Translations under genes and position numbers: made by a program
In this document: piece after piece, positions 52,298 to 64,000 of the stretch
How positions within the stretch are numbered: the first letter of the stretch is position 1
Layout: the number at the start of each line of letters is the position of its first letter
Assembly: GCA_964016885.1 (NCBI GenBank)
Contig: OZ024744.1
Location: 68,820,001 to 68,884,000 of the forward strand
Source of the DNA: Eledone cirrhosa
Taxonomy: Eukaryota
Reading direction: 5' to 3'
DNA: 64,000 nucleotides
Notes under the pieces: generated by a model
What the model was told of the DNA's origin: nothing
Databases searched by the model: none
The model's input: the letters and a program-made list of their open reading frames with translations, nothing else

Positions 52298-52578
52298 CGT
52301 TTAATAGAAGTATTTCAAATATACAAGCAACTCTATAGACTAAAATGTCTTAGTTTCCTCTTGTTTGGTTATGCAGTGCACGTATTTGTGAGTCAGCACA
52401 CACAAATAGATTGAAAACGTGGATTTATTGATTATTAACCTATCGATGTAGTAAATGCCAATGAGTCTATAATGCCTAAACTACCATTTACACTGGCTGG
52501 AAATTGACTGATTTTAAATACTTATACGCAAACCGACATACCTTTATACTTACACACATATATACAGATATGTGCATT

Positions 52579-52740
<162 letters not shown>

Positions 52741-53369
52741 CACCTACGTACACATATGTATTCAAACAGCTGAAAATATAACGCTACCTGAAGTTTCTTG
52801 ACTCAAGTCGGATTACAAGTCAGCTATTTCATCAGCCGTCTATTTTTAAATCGACAGGATGAGATTTAGGGAAAGAAGAATGAAACGGAATTGTTTTCGT
52901 ATTCTTAAAATGTTAAAGGGAGGGAACTTTGGGGAATTATATATTCAAGAACGGAAGAGGAAACTAAAAAGCAAAATTTACTGACATACTTGTTCATGTT
53001 AAAGGTGGGAAGGTACCTGTGTCTCCGAAGATTGCACGTAGGGCAAACTATGTTTTCATGAAGAGAGCAAGTATATTTTGCGATATAAACAACTAAAAAA
53101 AATCTCGGTTTGGGGATTTTAAGTACGCATTAGCAGATTTCAAAAATTGGGTATTTATCAATTCGTCATTAGTACAAAGAGCACAAATCTTTGTACTAAA
53201 GACACCGTTAGTGTAGGATCTAGATTTTCCAAGAATACTCCATATTACTATATGGTGAATGCTGCTGCCTTTCAATTAGCAGATTCGTTTCATAGGGTAT
53301 CTAAAGGGTAACACACTTAAGTAAAACCTTTCTTTAATCTTGTTATGCACCACACACACACATAAACAG

Positions 53370-53427
<58 letters not shown>

Positions 53428-53621
53428 TTCCGAGGTTCATTCGGGGGTAACCACAGTAAGTAAGGTACTCAATACATAGCAGAGTATAAACATAACGCAC
53501 CCGGCTCTTTAACGGGTTTTGTTTTTCTCCCGGCGGGGTGTCCAAAGTCACCCTCCTCGCCAAGCATATGAAGGGGTTGCCGGTTTTGTACATATTGTTG
53601 TTAGTCGCGCTGAAGAACGAT

Positions 53622-53670
<49 letters not shown>

Positions 53671-53720
53671 TACATACATATATGTATGTATATATATATA
53701 TATATATATTAAAATAGCAG

Positions 53721-53841
53721 ATTAAAATAGCAGATTAAAGTTTAAGCAAAGAATCGCTGCTTTCACCCTTAACGGGATCTTCTTAATGATCCCGTTAGTA
53801 GGTGAAATTCTTTGCTTAAACTTTAATCTGTTATTTTAATA
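53721..53841. repeat. Palindromic member of a short pLTR-like family (single arms at 10983-11052, 13398-13470, 16745-16815)
   Basis: ATTAAAATA.CAGATTAAAGTTTAAGCAAAGAAT..TTTCACCCTTAACGGGATC folded back on itself. Confidence 0.7.
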
Positions 53842-54617
53842 AATACTTGCTCTAGAGTTCTTATATATTTGATATATATTTATCCTTATCGAGCCCTCTT
53901 TGGATTTTAGTCTTCACAAGTCATACACAAAACACCAGCATCAGTAATTTTGCAAAGATGTCACCATGAATAGACCTAACTTTTTTTTTATCTAAAGTCA
54001 TTTTTTCACACTTTTACAAATTATTCCTGTGATTGTTTCATGTTTATTTTAGATATATATATATGTCAATCAATTTCTAGTTGATATAAAATGCTCGGAT
54101 CTATTCATTGGAATCTTGGAACATATTCTACAGTGGATATGGCGCATGTCTCTCTGACATGACACCCTTAAATTAATTTAATTTAATTTTGAATATATAT
54201 ATACGGCCCCTTAATTGTTGAGCTAACTCAGTTGAAAGGACTCGACTGCTATTTCTAGTTGTCGATAACCCTATTCACGCCACTGAGATGAAGCTGGTAC
54301 GATGTGTGTATTTTTGATAAGTGCAACACGTGCTACTGGCCATTCGCAGATTTGGATTTGCTGTGTAAACGCAGATAGTTAAGTTTTCTTCCTTGTTGAA
54401 AATCCAGGATTTGGCTACTGTGGTTTACCGAAAGATTGATGGTGAAATATATTTCTTTAATGAAATATATACAAGGAAGATTAATCCATTCATAAGGTAT
54501 CTATTTTTAAAGTTCTAGTTAAACTTTAATTAGTTACCTACATAGCTATGTGTGCTTACACACTTTTACAAATTATTCCCTGTCATTGTTTCATATGTTT
54601 ATTTTAGATATATATAC

Positions 54618-56118
54618 TAGCGGCTGAGCTCGGTTGCACCCAGGGCCACTTTTTATTAAGTTAATAATTTGAAAAATATTATTGACAGTTTATTATAAAG
54701 AAGCAGTTTCAGGGAAAAAAAAAATAGAAATATGCACTTTGGGCTGGACAGCGTACAGTGAGAAGTGGAGCGACGTGAAAAGCGTTGTTTATTAACAGCG
54801 AAATAGCAATGTCGATGATATGCAAGTTTGAAAATGCAGATTATGAAGGTTTGTATGATAGTTTACACTTTGATTGCCCTGGTCAGCAAGAGGGGCCTCT
54901 ATATACTAGACGTTTATTAGAAGAGGCGGAAATAACTAACTCCAGTATTAGAACAGGGGGTTCGCAATGTAAGGGTTTTATTTCTTTTGTTAGAAAACAG
55001 TGACCTTTTTCGGTTTGGCATTTCGTAAAATTCTACTGCAGAATCGATTTCATAAAACGGTACTGTATGATCGTTATAGAAGTATTTAAATTTAATATAG
55101 AGCAACTGTAATTGAAAAATGAAAATGAAACGTACTGTAGAAGGCAACAGTTTATTAACAGCGAAATAACATTGACTTTGATATGTTATTTTAAATAAGA
55201 CAATAAATATTTAAAAAAAAACTGAGTTAATTAACTCGGCAACCAAAGGGCTTATAGATCCCATTCCTTAAGTTTACAATGAATATTTTTTTTTAAACTG
55301 AATTAATTAACTCGGCAACCCAAAGGCTTATAGATCCCATTCATTAAGTTTACATGCATGTATTCTTTAAACTTTTCATTTGACTTTGAAAAATACTACT
55401 TACTGTTAGTGATGGTTAACATGTATTAGAATTAAAATAAAAATGATAATGCCAAACCGAAAAAGGTCACTGTTTTCTAACAAAAGAAATAAAACCCTTA
55501 CATTGTGAACCCCCTGTTCTAATACTGGGGTTAGTTATTTCCTCCTCTTCTAATAAACGTTAATATATAGAGGCCCCTCTTGCTGACCAGGGCAATTAAA
55601 GTGTAAACTATCATACAAACCTTCATAATCTGCATTTTCAAACTTGCATAACATCGACATTGCTATTTCGCTGTTAATAAACAACGCTTTTCACGTCGCT
55701 CCATTTCTTATTGTACGCCGTCCAGCCCCAATATTTTTTTTCCTGAAACAGCTTCTTTATAATAAACTTTCAATAATATTTTTCAAAAACAGCGAAAGAA
55801 CGTTGTGTTTGATATGTTATGAAAAAATTGATGGTTTAAAAATTTGTATGAAATTGTAAATAAGACAATGAATATTGAAAATAACTCATCCAAGTATTAG
55901 AACAGGGGGAAATAACTCACCGGAAGTGATAGTAAATAGACCGTTTGGGGGCCCTAGGGACCACAATTTTCAAGTTAGAGATTTGAAACCTCGTCTATTT
56001 GCTTCCTTGGCACTTTTTACATAGGTGTGCACATTTTCACGTCTACTACCATTTAACCGTGCACAACTGAATTTCAACCACCACCCATTTCATAAATATA
56101 TATTAGATATATATTAGA
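54618..56118 (-). mobile_element. Non-autonomous Helitron inserted at A|T without TSD, containing a large internal inverted repeat
   Basis: Minus strand starts TC (56118) and ends CTAG (54618-54621); the empty-site paralog is at 54006-54203; 54660-55021 is inverted against 55449-55790. Confidence 0.75.
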
Positions 56119-56920
56119 TATGTCAATCAATTTCTAGTTGATATAAAATGCTCGGATCTATTCATTGGAATCTTGGAGCATATTCTACAGTGGATAAGGC
56201 GCATGTCTCTCTGACATGACACCCTTAAATTAATTTAATTTAATTTTGAATATATATATATGGTGGCTGCCAACTCGTTTTCGAGTACGGCCACTACTTT
56301 ATATCCATGTAAACACTACACTTGTGACAATTATTGACACAGAGTGCTGGACCCATGGTACCATGTGATGACAAGTGCAGAGAGATCTCCAGATACAAAG
56401 CAATGCCTGTGCCGTGAAGCTTTATAGTGAGCAAAGGCACTGCACAAAGCCAGTCCCACTCTCTTAACCAAGATGATATTTACCAAAAAGAAGAACAAGT
56501 CAACATCATTGGATACCATCAGAGTTGCAGGTGTTATATCAGAGTGTTCCTTCTCCTAGAATTCTGCCTTAACAAAGGCTAAGGGGGTCATCTCCCCCGG
56601 TGATTTTGTATGGCCATTGACTATTAAGAGCTCCTTTGCCCTTTGACAGGTTTTGTTTTTAGTCCTGCAGGAAGTCCAAAGTCACCCTCCTCACCAAGAA
56701 ACCTTGGTGGGGTTGCCAGTTTAGTCGCCAACGACCGACCATGAGACAGGTTGTACTGGGATACATGTTACCAGTAGCACCAACTGGTGACCTCACATAT
56801 ATATATATATATATATTGGAAAATATGTGAGATCCTTGGTACAGTTAGGTATATTTGAAAAAAAGGAAAAGAATGACTTCACTTGAAATGTTAAAAAATT
56901 TATGATTTAATGTTATAATA

Positions 56921-57013
56921 TAATTGTTTCTACTTATGGCACAAAGCCAGCAATTACCCAGTGCATTACTGGTACTTTATTTTATCGACCCCGTAAGGAT
57001 GAAAGGCAAAGTT
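56921..57013 (-). mobile_element. 5'-truncated tRNA-SINE fragment
   Basis: Matches 11476-11570. Confidence 0.75.
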
Positions 57014-57329
57014 AATGTTATAATGTTATAATATAATATTATAATATTATAATATTATAATATTATAATATTATCAGTTGGTAGATCCAGTAAGTTCTTT
57101 GTTAACTTAGGTGGGAAGAATTTTAGAGATTCCTGGTTAACTTGGGTTGGAGAACTTTCTCGCATTCGTCTGTCTGTGGCGATTGTCAAACTGAGATCAG
57201 GTTGTGTTGAAATGTGTGACTATATATAAGAGAGATTTGGATGTGTCTTGGGTGTGGTGTGTGGTGTTAATGAGTGTTGATGATGAAGATCCGGAGGAAT
57301 TAAAGTATACATACATACACACGCACATA

Positions 57330-57377
<48 letters not shown>

Positions 57378-57472
57378 CACTCAGAAAATGGTGAGTTTGT
57401 AAGATGAGTGTATAGATATATGTATGTATAATGTGTTTTTTTTATATATGTGCCAGTAGGTATACAGATATA

Positions 57473-58367
57473 CGAGGTGGGTCAGAAAAGTTCCAGGACT
57501 AATGTCACAAAAGATTTATTTCAAACCCAAACTTCACACTAAGAGTTTTCTCCTTCAAAGTAATCCCCCTGGAGTCTAATGCACTTTTCCATCCTTTTCT
57601 GCCACGCTTGCATGTACTCCTGGAAGGATTCTTCCGTGATCCTCCGCAGTTCTGTCGTCACGGCCTTTTTGATGTCGTCCACGTCTTCAAAACGGGTCCC
57701 CTCCGGATCGTACTCGAAGATCCATGATTCATCACCGGTGATGACTGTCCCTAGCAAGTCTAGTTCGGTTTCAAGACGCTCGAGGATGTCCTGGCACACT
57801 TGCATGCGTCGACCCTTCTGGTCATCGCTCAGCAGTTTTGGCCCCTTCTTCGCGGAGACTTTCCGCATGTCCAAATCTTCAGTGAGAATCTTCCAGACGC
57901 TGTCCCAATTCATGCCCAGCTCATTTGCCATCAGTCGAACAGTCAGCCGACGATCGCTACGCACCATCTGCCTGACGCGCTCAACGTTGACCTCAGTCCT
58001 GGTTGTTGAGGGCCTTCCGCTCCTTGGGTCATCTTCCACGTCCTCGCGTCGTTCTTTAAACTTCTTGCACCACTAAAAAACACGTGAGCGTGACATCGTC
58101 TTATCTCCATACACTTGCTGCAGCAATCCCAGTGCTTCTGACGGAGTTTCAAGGTTGTTCGTTGCTCTGTGTTCATTGCTTGACGACCTGAAACAGAGGA
58201 CATGTATATAAAACTATGAAGAAAAAAGTGTCATCGCTGCAGAGAGCTAAGATTACAGTTACATACTCCAGGGAGATTACTTTGAAGGGGAAAACTCTCA
58301 GTGTGAAGTTTGGGTTTGAAATAAATCTTTTGTGACATCAGTCCTGGAACTTTTTTGACACACCTCA
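57473..58367 (-). mobile_element. Internally deleted mariner (Tc1/mariner) with ~105-bp TIRs and TA flanks
   Basis: TA-CGAGGTG.GTCA.AAAAGTTCCAGGACT.. / ..AGTCCTGGAACTTTTTTGACACACCTCA-TA; transposase motifs DDPRSGRPST, ITGDESW, GDYFEG. Confidence 0.92.
57539..58203 (-). pseudogene. Mariner transposase lacking most of the catalytic DDD domain
   Basis: WIFEYDPE is fused directly to GTRFEDVDDIK; the N-terminal part is frameshifted. Confidence 0.88.
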
Positions 58368-58757
58368 TATGTGTACAAGTTTATGTGTATGTGTGCATAT
58401 GTGTGTGTGTATTTATATATGTGTATATGTATGCACGTGCGTATGTGTGAGATATGTGTATATATATGTATGTGTGTGTATATATGTATGTGTGGATATG
58501 TGTATAATATATTTATATGTATATATATATGTAGTATATATATATGTATATGTAAAAAAATATATATATGCAGGAGGTATAAAATGTGTTTATATGGAAT
58601 ATATATGTGTATGTATGTATGTGTATATAAAATGTGTGGAGAACATATATACATATATATATATGTGTATATGTATGTATATGTATGTGCGTGTGTGTGT
58701 GTATGTATATATGTATGTGTGTATGAATGTATAATATATATATGTGTGTATATGGGA

Positions 58758-58808
<51 letters not shown>

Positions 58809-60394
58809 AATTCACAAGAATCAAAGCTATGTTTAAAACATTTATTCGCTGACAATTGTTTCTTCCAAACCTAGGCCTAGAATCTGCGGACCATTTTTAA
58901 TGTTTGTACATATAATTGACCTCCTACTCAACGTAAGAGACATAAAGATACATATATATATATATTGATGTATAGTGTGGAGTTGATGCGACATATATTA
59001 TGCTATACTATATTTGTACAGTAATTCAAATTAAGATTAAAATCAAAATTTAAAAACAAGATTAAAATACATGCGACAGATAACACAGATAATACAAGAG
59101 AAGAGTCTAATAATCAAATTAAATAGATAGTATATGCGTTAGTCATATATGGAGGGAGGGAGCAAACAAATGTATCATGTATATATGAGTACTGTGTGGC
59201 AAGGTATTACATGAAATACAAGCACTTTAAGCGGGTATGTAAGAGTATTAAGGTGGTTGCAGTGCGAGGGTATTTTCTGTATAGTTCAAATTTGTATGTG
59301 TGCAGAAAAAGAAAGTTATATTTTTCACGTCCATCACCATTTTCACATCCAGAAAAAGGAAGTTATCGTTTTCACATCCATCACATAAGTTACGATGTAT
59401 TTGTATTGAATGTTTGTTGTAGTAATGGATTGTAACGTATTGAAACTCAGTGTTATTTAATCCATATTTATAGATTAGGTTATTTTGACTGCGAGAATTT
59501 ACAGCGGTTTAATATCCGGAAGTGGGTATGTAATTAAGGGGAGCTAATGCGTAAGGGGGGGGGGGGTAACTAGCTTATTCTAATAATTAAATTCATAGCT
59601 CTAATACACATTATATGGTGCCTCAATTGAGTCCCTTATATAAAAGGTTATATATTTATATTTAATTTTAAATACAGTCTACTCTCTCATAATGTATTAA
59701 AGGTTTCAATTGGAAGTTGTTTACCCATTATGATATAGTGCCATAATTGAATTTCCCACACAAAGTGCTATATCTTTATATCAAATTAACCTTAAATACA
59801 GTCTACTCTCAAAACATATTAAAGGTTCAATTAGATTTTTGTCCACCCAACATTTGGTAAGCTATGAAACAGCGTACAGCTGTTTGCATGATAAATTAGA
59901 TACATCCCTTGAGTAAATAAATTCATCCCTCATATACAATGTTATTAATCTATACATTTAATTATAAATGCATATATAATTCATATATAATTCATATTTC
60001 ATATTTCATTGTTCCATATTACATATAAGTTCGACAAATCCCTTATGTTAATAAATTAATCCTATATATACCCAATGTTATTAATTTATACATTTAATTA
60101 CAAATGTATATATAATTCATTGTTGCATCTAATATTTAAAGTTTATATAAACTGTATTATATTTCAATCACTATATAATTATAAGTAATCTAAAGTAATT
60201 ATATTAAAAGGTGGTGATTATAAGGATATTTCTAGGGTATAAAGTTATAGATAAAATGATTTGTGTAGAGGAAAGGGTGGATCAGAGAGTGTGGTGTAGT
60301 GGTGGAAGGTAAGACCTTGAGGTGAAATTCTAAAAGTGGTGATGAGTTCAAATCTGACATTGTTATATACTAGGTTTAAAGTTTTGGAAAGAGT

Positions 60395-62284
60395 GTCGGA
60401 AGCGGTGTTGGCACGATGCAAACACTTCCGATTTTTTTATTAAGGAGGTTAAGATTCGAAAAGATTATAGTATGGGTCTCTAGTAGACAGAGGTTACAAA
60501 ATTTATTAGATGGTTTATACGATGCAGCCCTACCTACCACTTCCCATTGAAGTGTATATGATCTATTCCTACTTTTCAGATAGTGTATGTAGCTAGATAG
60601 TGAAGTGGAGTTGGCTAGATTGTTTTTTTTTTTAAGAATGTAGATGCGAGTTGTATCCCGTTTTGAAGCAGTTCGAAGTAGAGTCTATATAGGTTTCAGA
60701 AGAGTTGTTAGTGTTGACCGTGCATGAGTAAATGATGTCCTTGATTAAGCAGTTTTTACATAAAAGGGCAGGTTCTATTTGATCTACAGTTACATTTATT
60801 TTGGATGTTATCTCGTCGGTTATTATGTTGTGTAGAAATCTGGTTCCTAGGTATTGCATTAGGACTATGAAGGTTGTCGTTCCTAATGTTATTGATTTCA
60901 TTAGTGTTATTACTATTATTACTATTGTTATTAGGGTTTGTAGTTATTATGTTGTTTTGAAAGTTTACCCCCAGCTGTGTTTTAGTTTGTTGAAAGTAAG
61001 TATTAATCTTTCTTTTATTACTACTAGCTATGTGGTATGCTATGTTAGGTGTGGTAGAGTAGGAGAGTTTAATGGTGTTTTTATTTATAAGACTATGGTA
61101 TTTGTGGCCAGACGGGAAGTTTTTATTTATAAGACTATGGTACTTGTGGCCAGACGGGAAGTTTTTATCCAGGATTGAGAAGAAAGCCTTAGGTAGGTTG
61201 GTAGAGACGTTTAGATTGAAAAGGGGGGTTGAAAAATTGTATTATTTCTTCTTCTATTTTTCTATTGAGGTATTTCTGTTTATAGTATTTTGGTGTCTAG
61301 TCTGGTGAGAGTTACGTTTGATGCTACCCTTCGTATTAGTGTGAGTGTGGTTATTATTCTTATTACTATTTTTTCTCATCGTCATGTTGTGAGAAATAAT
61401 GTTGTAGCTATGTGTTTTTATAGGTAGGAACTCAATCCCATTATTATGGCCTGATTTAGCTTATGCCTGATTATAGTATTGTGAATTATTGCTAAATATG
61501 GTTTCGTTATAAGATAGATTAGAGATTCTATTAGATATTCCTTTAGTGATTGAGTTTAATATGGATCTATGGTGGTTAGACTTGGTATCTACATAAATTA
61601 GTTTTTCGTTAGGTTTATGAAATTGTGTATATATTTTAAAGTCTAAGTAAAGGGTAGCATCAAGGAAGTTAACATTTTTAGTGTTTTTGTCTATGGTGAT
61701 ACCTAAGTTATAGTTTTTGAAAGTTTTATGTAATAGTTTCCTAGAACTTTCTATATTAAATTTTTTATAGTCTATAAGGAGTATTGCATCATCGCGGTAT
61801 AAACCACCGTTGAGGTATGGTAGGTCCTTAGATATAGGCCCACCAAATCAGTGACCTGCGCCGAGTCACTAGATCCCATAGTTATGTCAAAGTTGTTATG
61901 CGTATCCTTGCGGGTCCATAACTGATCTTCAAATGCAATTATGGTTTTACGGGCCGCAAGTATGACATCAATTTGGGATTTAGTCAGGTCACTATTGTTC
62001 ATGGCCATAATGAGTGCTTTATTTAATAGGATAGGGGAAATAGAGGTGTAGTATGAATTGATATCAAACTGTATACATTTTTTATTTTTGTTCTCTTTAA
62101 TATCCTTAAACCATTCAATAACTTCCCCTGTATTTCCCCACTGGTTAAGATATATTTTGTGCTTAATCTGTGGGATAATTTTATGTAAAATTTTCTTACT
62201 GATAATGCCAATGTCAGATTTGGAAGGGCAGATTAGTCTTATCGAAAGGTTACTAATGAAATCTTTCTTATGGCATTTTTTAGA
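60395..62284 (-). mobile_element. Decayed Penelope-like element (Naiad-like RT plus C-terminal GIY-YIG)
   Basis: RT FDITMGSSDSAQVTDLVG; endonuclease CNCR..CP..NCL.KDIIYSCTV..TYI, then CNLCLLE..LNKKSE..C.H; many frameshifts. Confidence 0.8.
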
Positions 62285-62286
62285 TT

Positions 62287-63103
62287 TACGCCCTACCCTT
62301 TACCCCAGCACTACCACTCTTCTCCGTCTGGCTGAGCTTGTTCTCACCCTTAATGGATTTTCTTTTTCGGAAGAATTTTACCAGCAGGTCTCTGGGGTAG
62401 TAATGGGGACCAGAATGGGTCCAAACTATGCCAACTTGTTTGTTGGCTACGTCGAAGCCCAGGTCTTCTCTGAGTACGCTGGACCGACTCCTGAGCTATA
62501 CGGTCGTTATATCGACGACTGTATCGGCGCCACCTGTCTATCACAAGAACAGCTCGACTATTTTCTTTCTTTTGTCCCATCTTTCCATCCTGCTCTCAAT
62601 TTCACCGCCTCCGTCTCCGTTTTTCTGTCACTCTATTAATCACTCTCACCACACCCTCTCTATTTCCATCTACATTAAACCAACAGACTCCCAATCTTAT
62701 CTCGACTTCACCTCCTCCCATCCAACCCACACCGAACACTCCATACCCTATTCCCAATTCCTCCGTCTTCGTCGACTCTGTAGCCAGGACGACGATTTCG
62801 AAACCCATTCCCTTCGCATGGCTTCCTGCTTCATCCAGCATGGATATCCCCCACCTTGATCCAAGCTGCTCTCATCCGCGCCCGTGAAACAGACAGCAAC
62901 ACAGCCCTCTCACCTCACCCCCCGCCCTCCCAACACCCGTGTTCCTTTCCCCCCCCCCCCATGTCCCTACCATTCCGGCGACATATCCTCCGTCCCTTTT
63001 GTATCCTCACTTCTGACCCCGTCACTTCTCGCTTTTTTCCAAACCCACCCATTACTGCTTTTAAGCGCTCCCGAAACCTCCGCAACCTCCTGGTTCGCAG
63101 TTC
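62287..63103 (+). mobile_element. Penelope-like RT fragment from a different clade
   Basis: YQQVSGVVMGTRMGPNYANLF, YGRYIDD, KPTDSQSYLDFTSSHP, SIPYSQFLRLRRLCS, FKRSRNLRNLLVRS. Confidence 0.88.
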
Positions 63104-63135
<32 letters not shown>

Positions 63136-63206
63136 TGTATGTATGTATGTATGTATGTATGTATGTATGTATCTATATGTGTATATATGTGGGAGATATA
63201 TATAAT

Positions 63207-63930
63207 ACTATCAGTGGTACCCGGCGTTGCACGGGATAAGGTATTTTGGAACGCGGGCCGCCAACAGACCTAATCGTGGAAAAACTGCATGCCTGGACAA
63301 TATGTAAAGAAAATAAACCGAATACTCTGATGGCTGGATAATCTAAGATTTTCCTCGATGAAGCAGGAAAAAGGCAGGTCTTCACCAAATGCGGGCCCTA
63401 GGGATCAAGAAAATGTTTTTTTATGTGCATAATATGCCTTGAAGTTTCGGGAAAATCGGCTAGACGTAACACCTCAAAAAGGCCCTAAAAAGCTGAAAAA
63501 AATGAAATTTTTCACCTAATGCGGGCCCTAGGCAATAAAAAAGTTGGATTTTCTTTGCTCACGGTATGAAGAAGAGACTGACTAATACATAGTTACAATT
63601 TCAAGGAAATCAGTCTGACGTAGCGCCTAAAAAAAAACCCTAAAAAGCTGGAAAAACACGCAGTTTTTCACCTAAGGCGGGCCCTAAGGGATCACAAAGT
63701 TGAATTTTCCACTCCCTGAAATATAAGTAATACACATGTAAAGTTTGAAAAAGATCGGTTGGGTACTTCTCGGGTTTCACACACACACACACACCCCACA
63801 CACACACAAATACACACATACGCACATACATACATACATACATACATACATACATACATACATACATACATACATACATACATACATACATACATGATGG
63901 CTGCCCCCTCGTTATCTAGTATGGCCATTG
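63207..63930 (-). mobile_element. Non-autonomous Helitron-like element
   Basis: Degenerate terminus ACTA.CAGTGGTACCCGGCGTTGCACGGG; three internal GCGGGCCCTA repeats; (CATA)n. Confidence 0.55.
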
Positions 63931-64000
63931 CACGAGGAGAAAGAAAAAAAAAAAAATAATAATAATAAATAAATAAAAAGAAAAAAAAAAGAAATATATA

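Noticed and set aside
52776-52830. Twister-like string TAACGCTACCTG..GTCGGATTACAAGTC
   Set aside because: Pseudoknot partners and P1 were not found.
59590-60130. Degenerate ~125-135-bp tandem duplications, and a ~42-bp duplication at 61077-61167
   Set aside because: Ordinary local duplications with no further signal.
60395-60800. Selenoprotein-type Naiad endonuclease
   Set aside because: Conserved Cys positions are TGT/TGC, not TGA; the element is decayed and no SECIS was recognised.

Overview
Eukaryotic, very AT-rich animal DNA saturated with microsatellites. Repeat content suggests a cephalopod (Octopus-like) genome, which is an inference. No host gene can be called with confidence. The centrepiece is a ~27.5 kb block (23837-51326) where one (TAA)n/(TTA)n tract has taken eight non-LTR retrotransposon insertions from two unrelated clades with strict strand polarity: five Dong/R4-type copies (restriction-like endonuclease) on the minus strand and three L1/Tx1-type copies (APE endonuclease) on the plus strand. 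One Tx1 copy and one Dong copy have intact ORFs. Both clades look modular. Two Tx1 copies share a near-identical ORF2 but have diverged ORF1/5'UTRs, and ORF2 is bracketed by a ~65-nt imperfect inverted repeat pairing its start region with its stop region. Two divergent Dong families share one 5' leader. The flanks hold a decayed Gypsy element, Helitron-like elements, tRNA-derived SINEs, a deleted mariner, two Penelope-like RT remnants and many foldback elements with minimal hammerhead ribozyme cores. Coordinates were counted by eye and may be off by a few bases.
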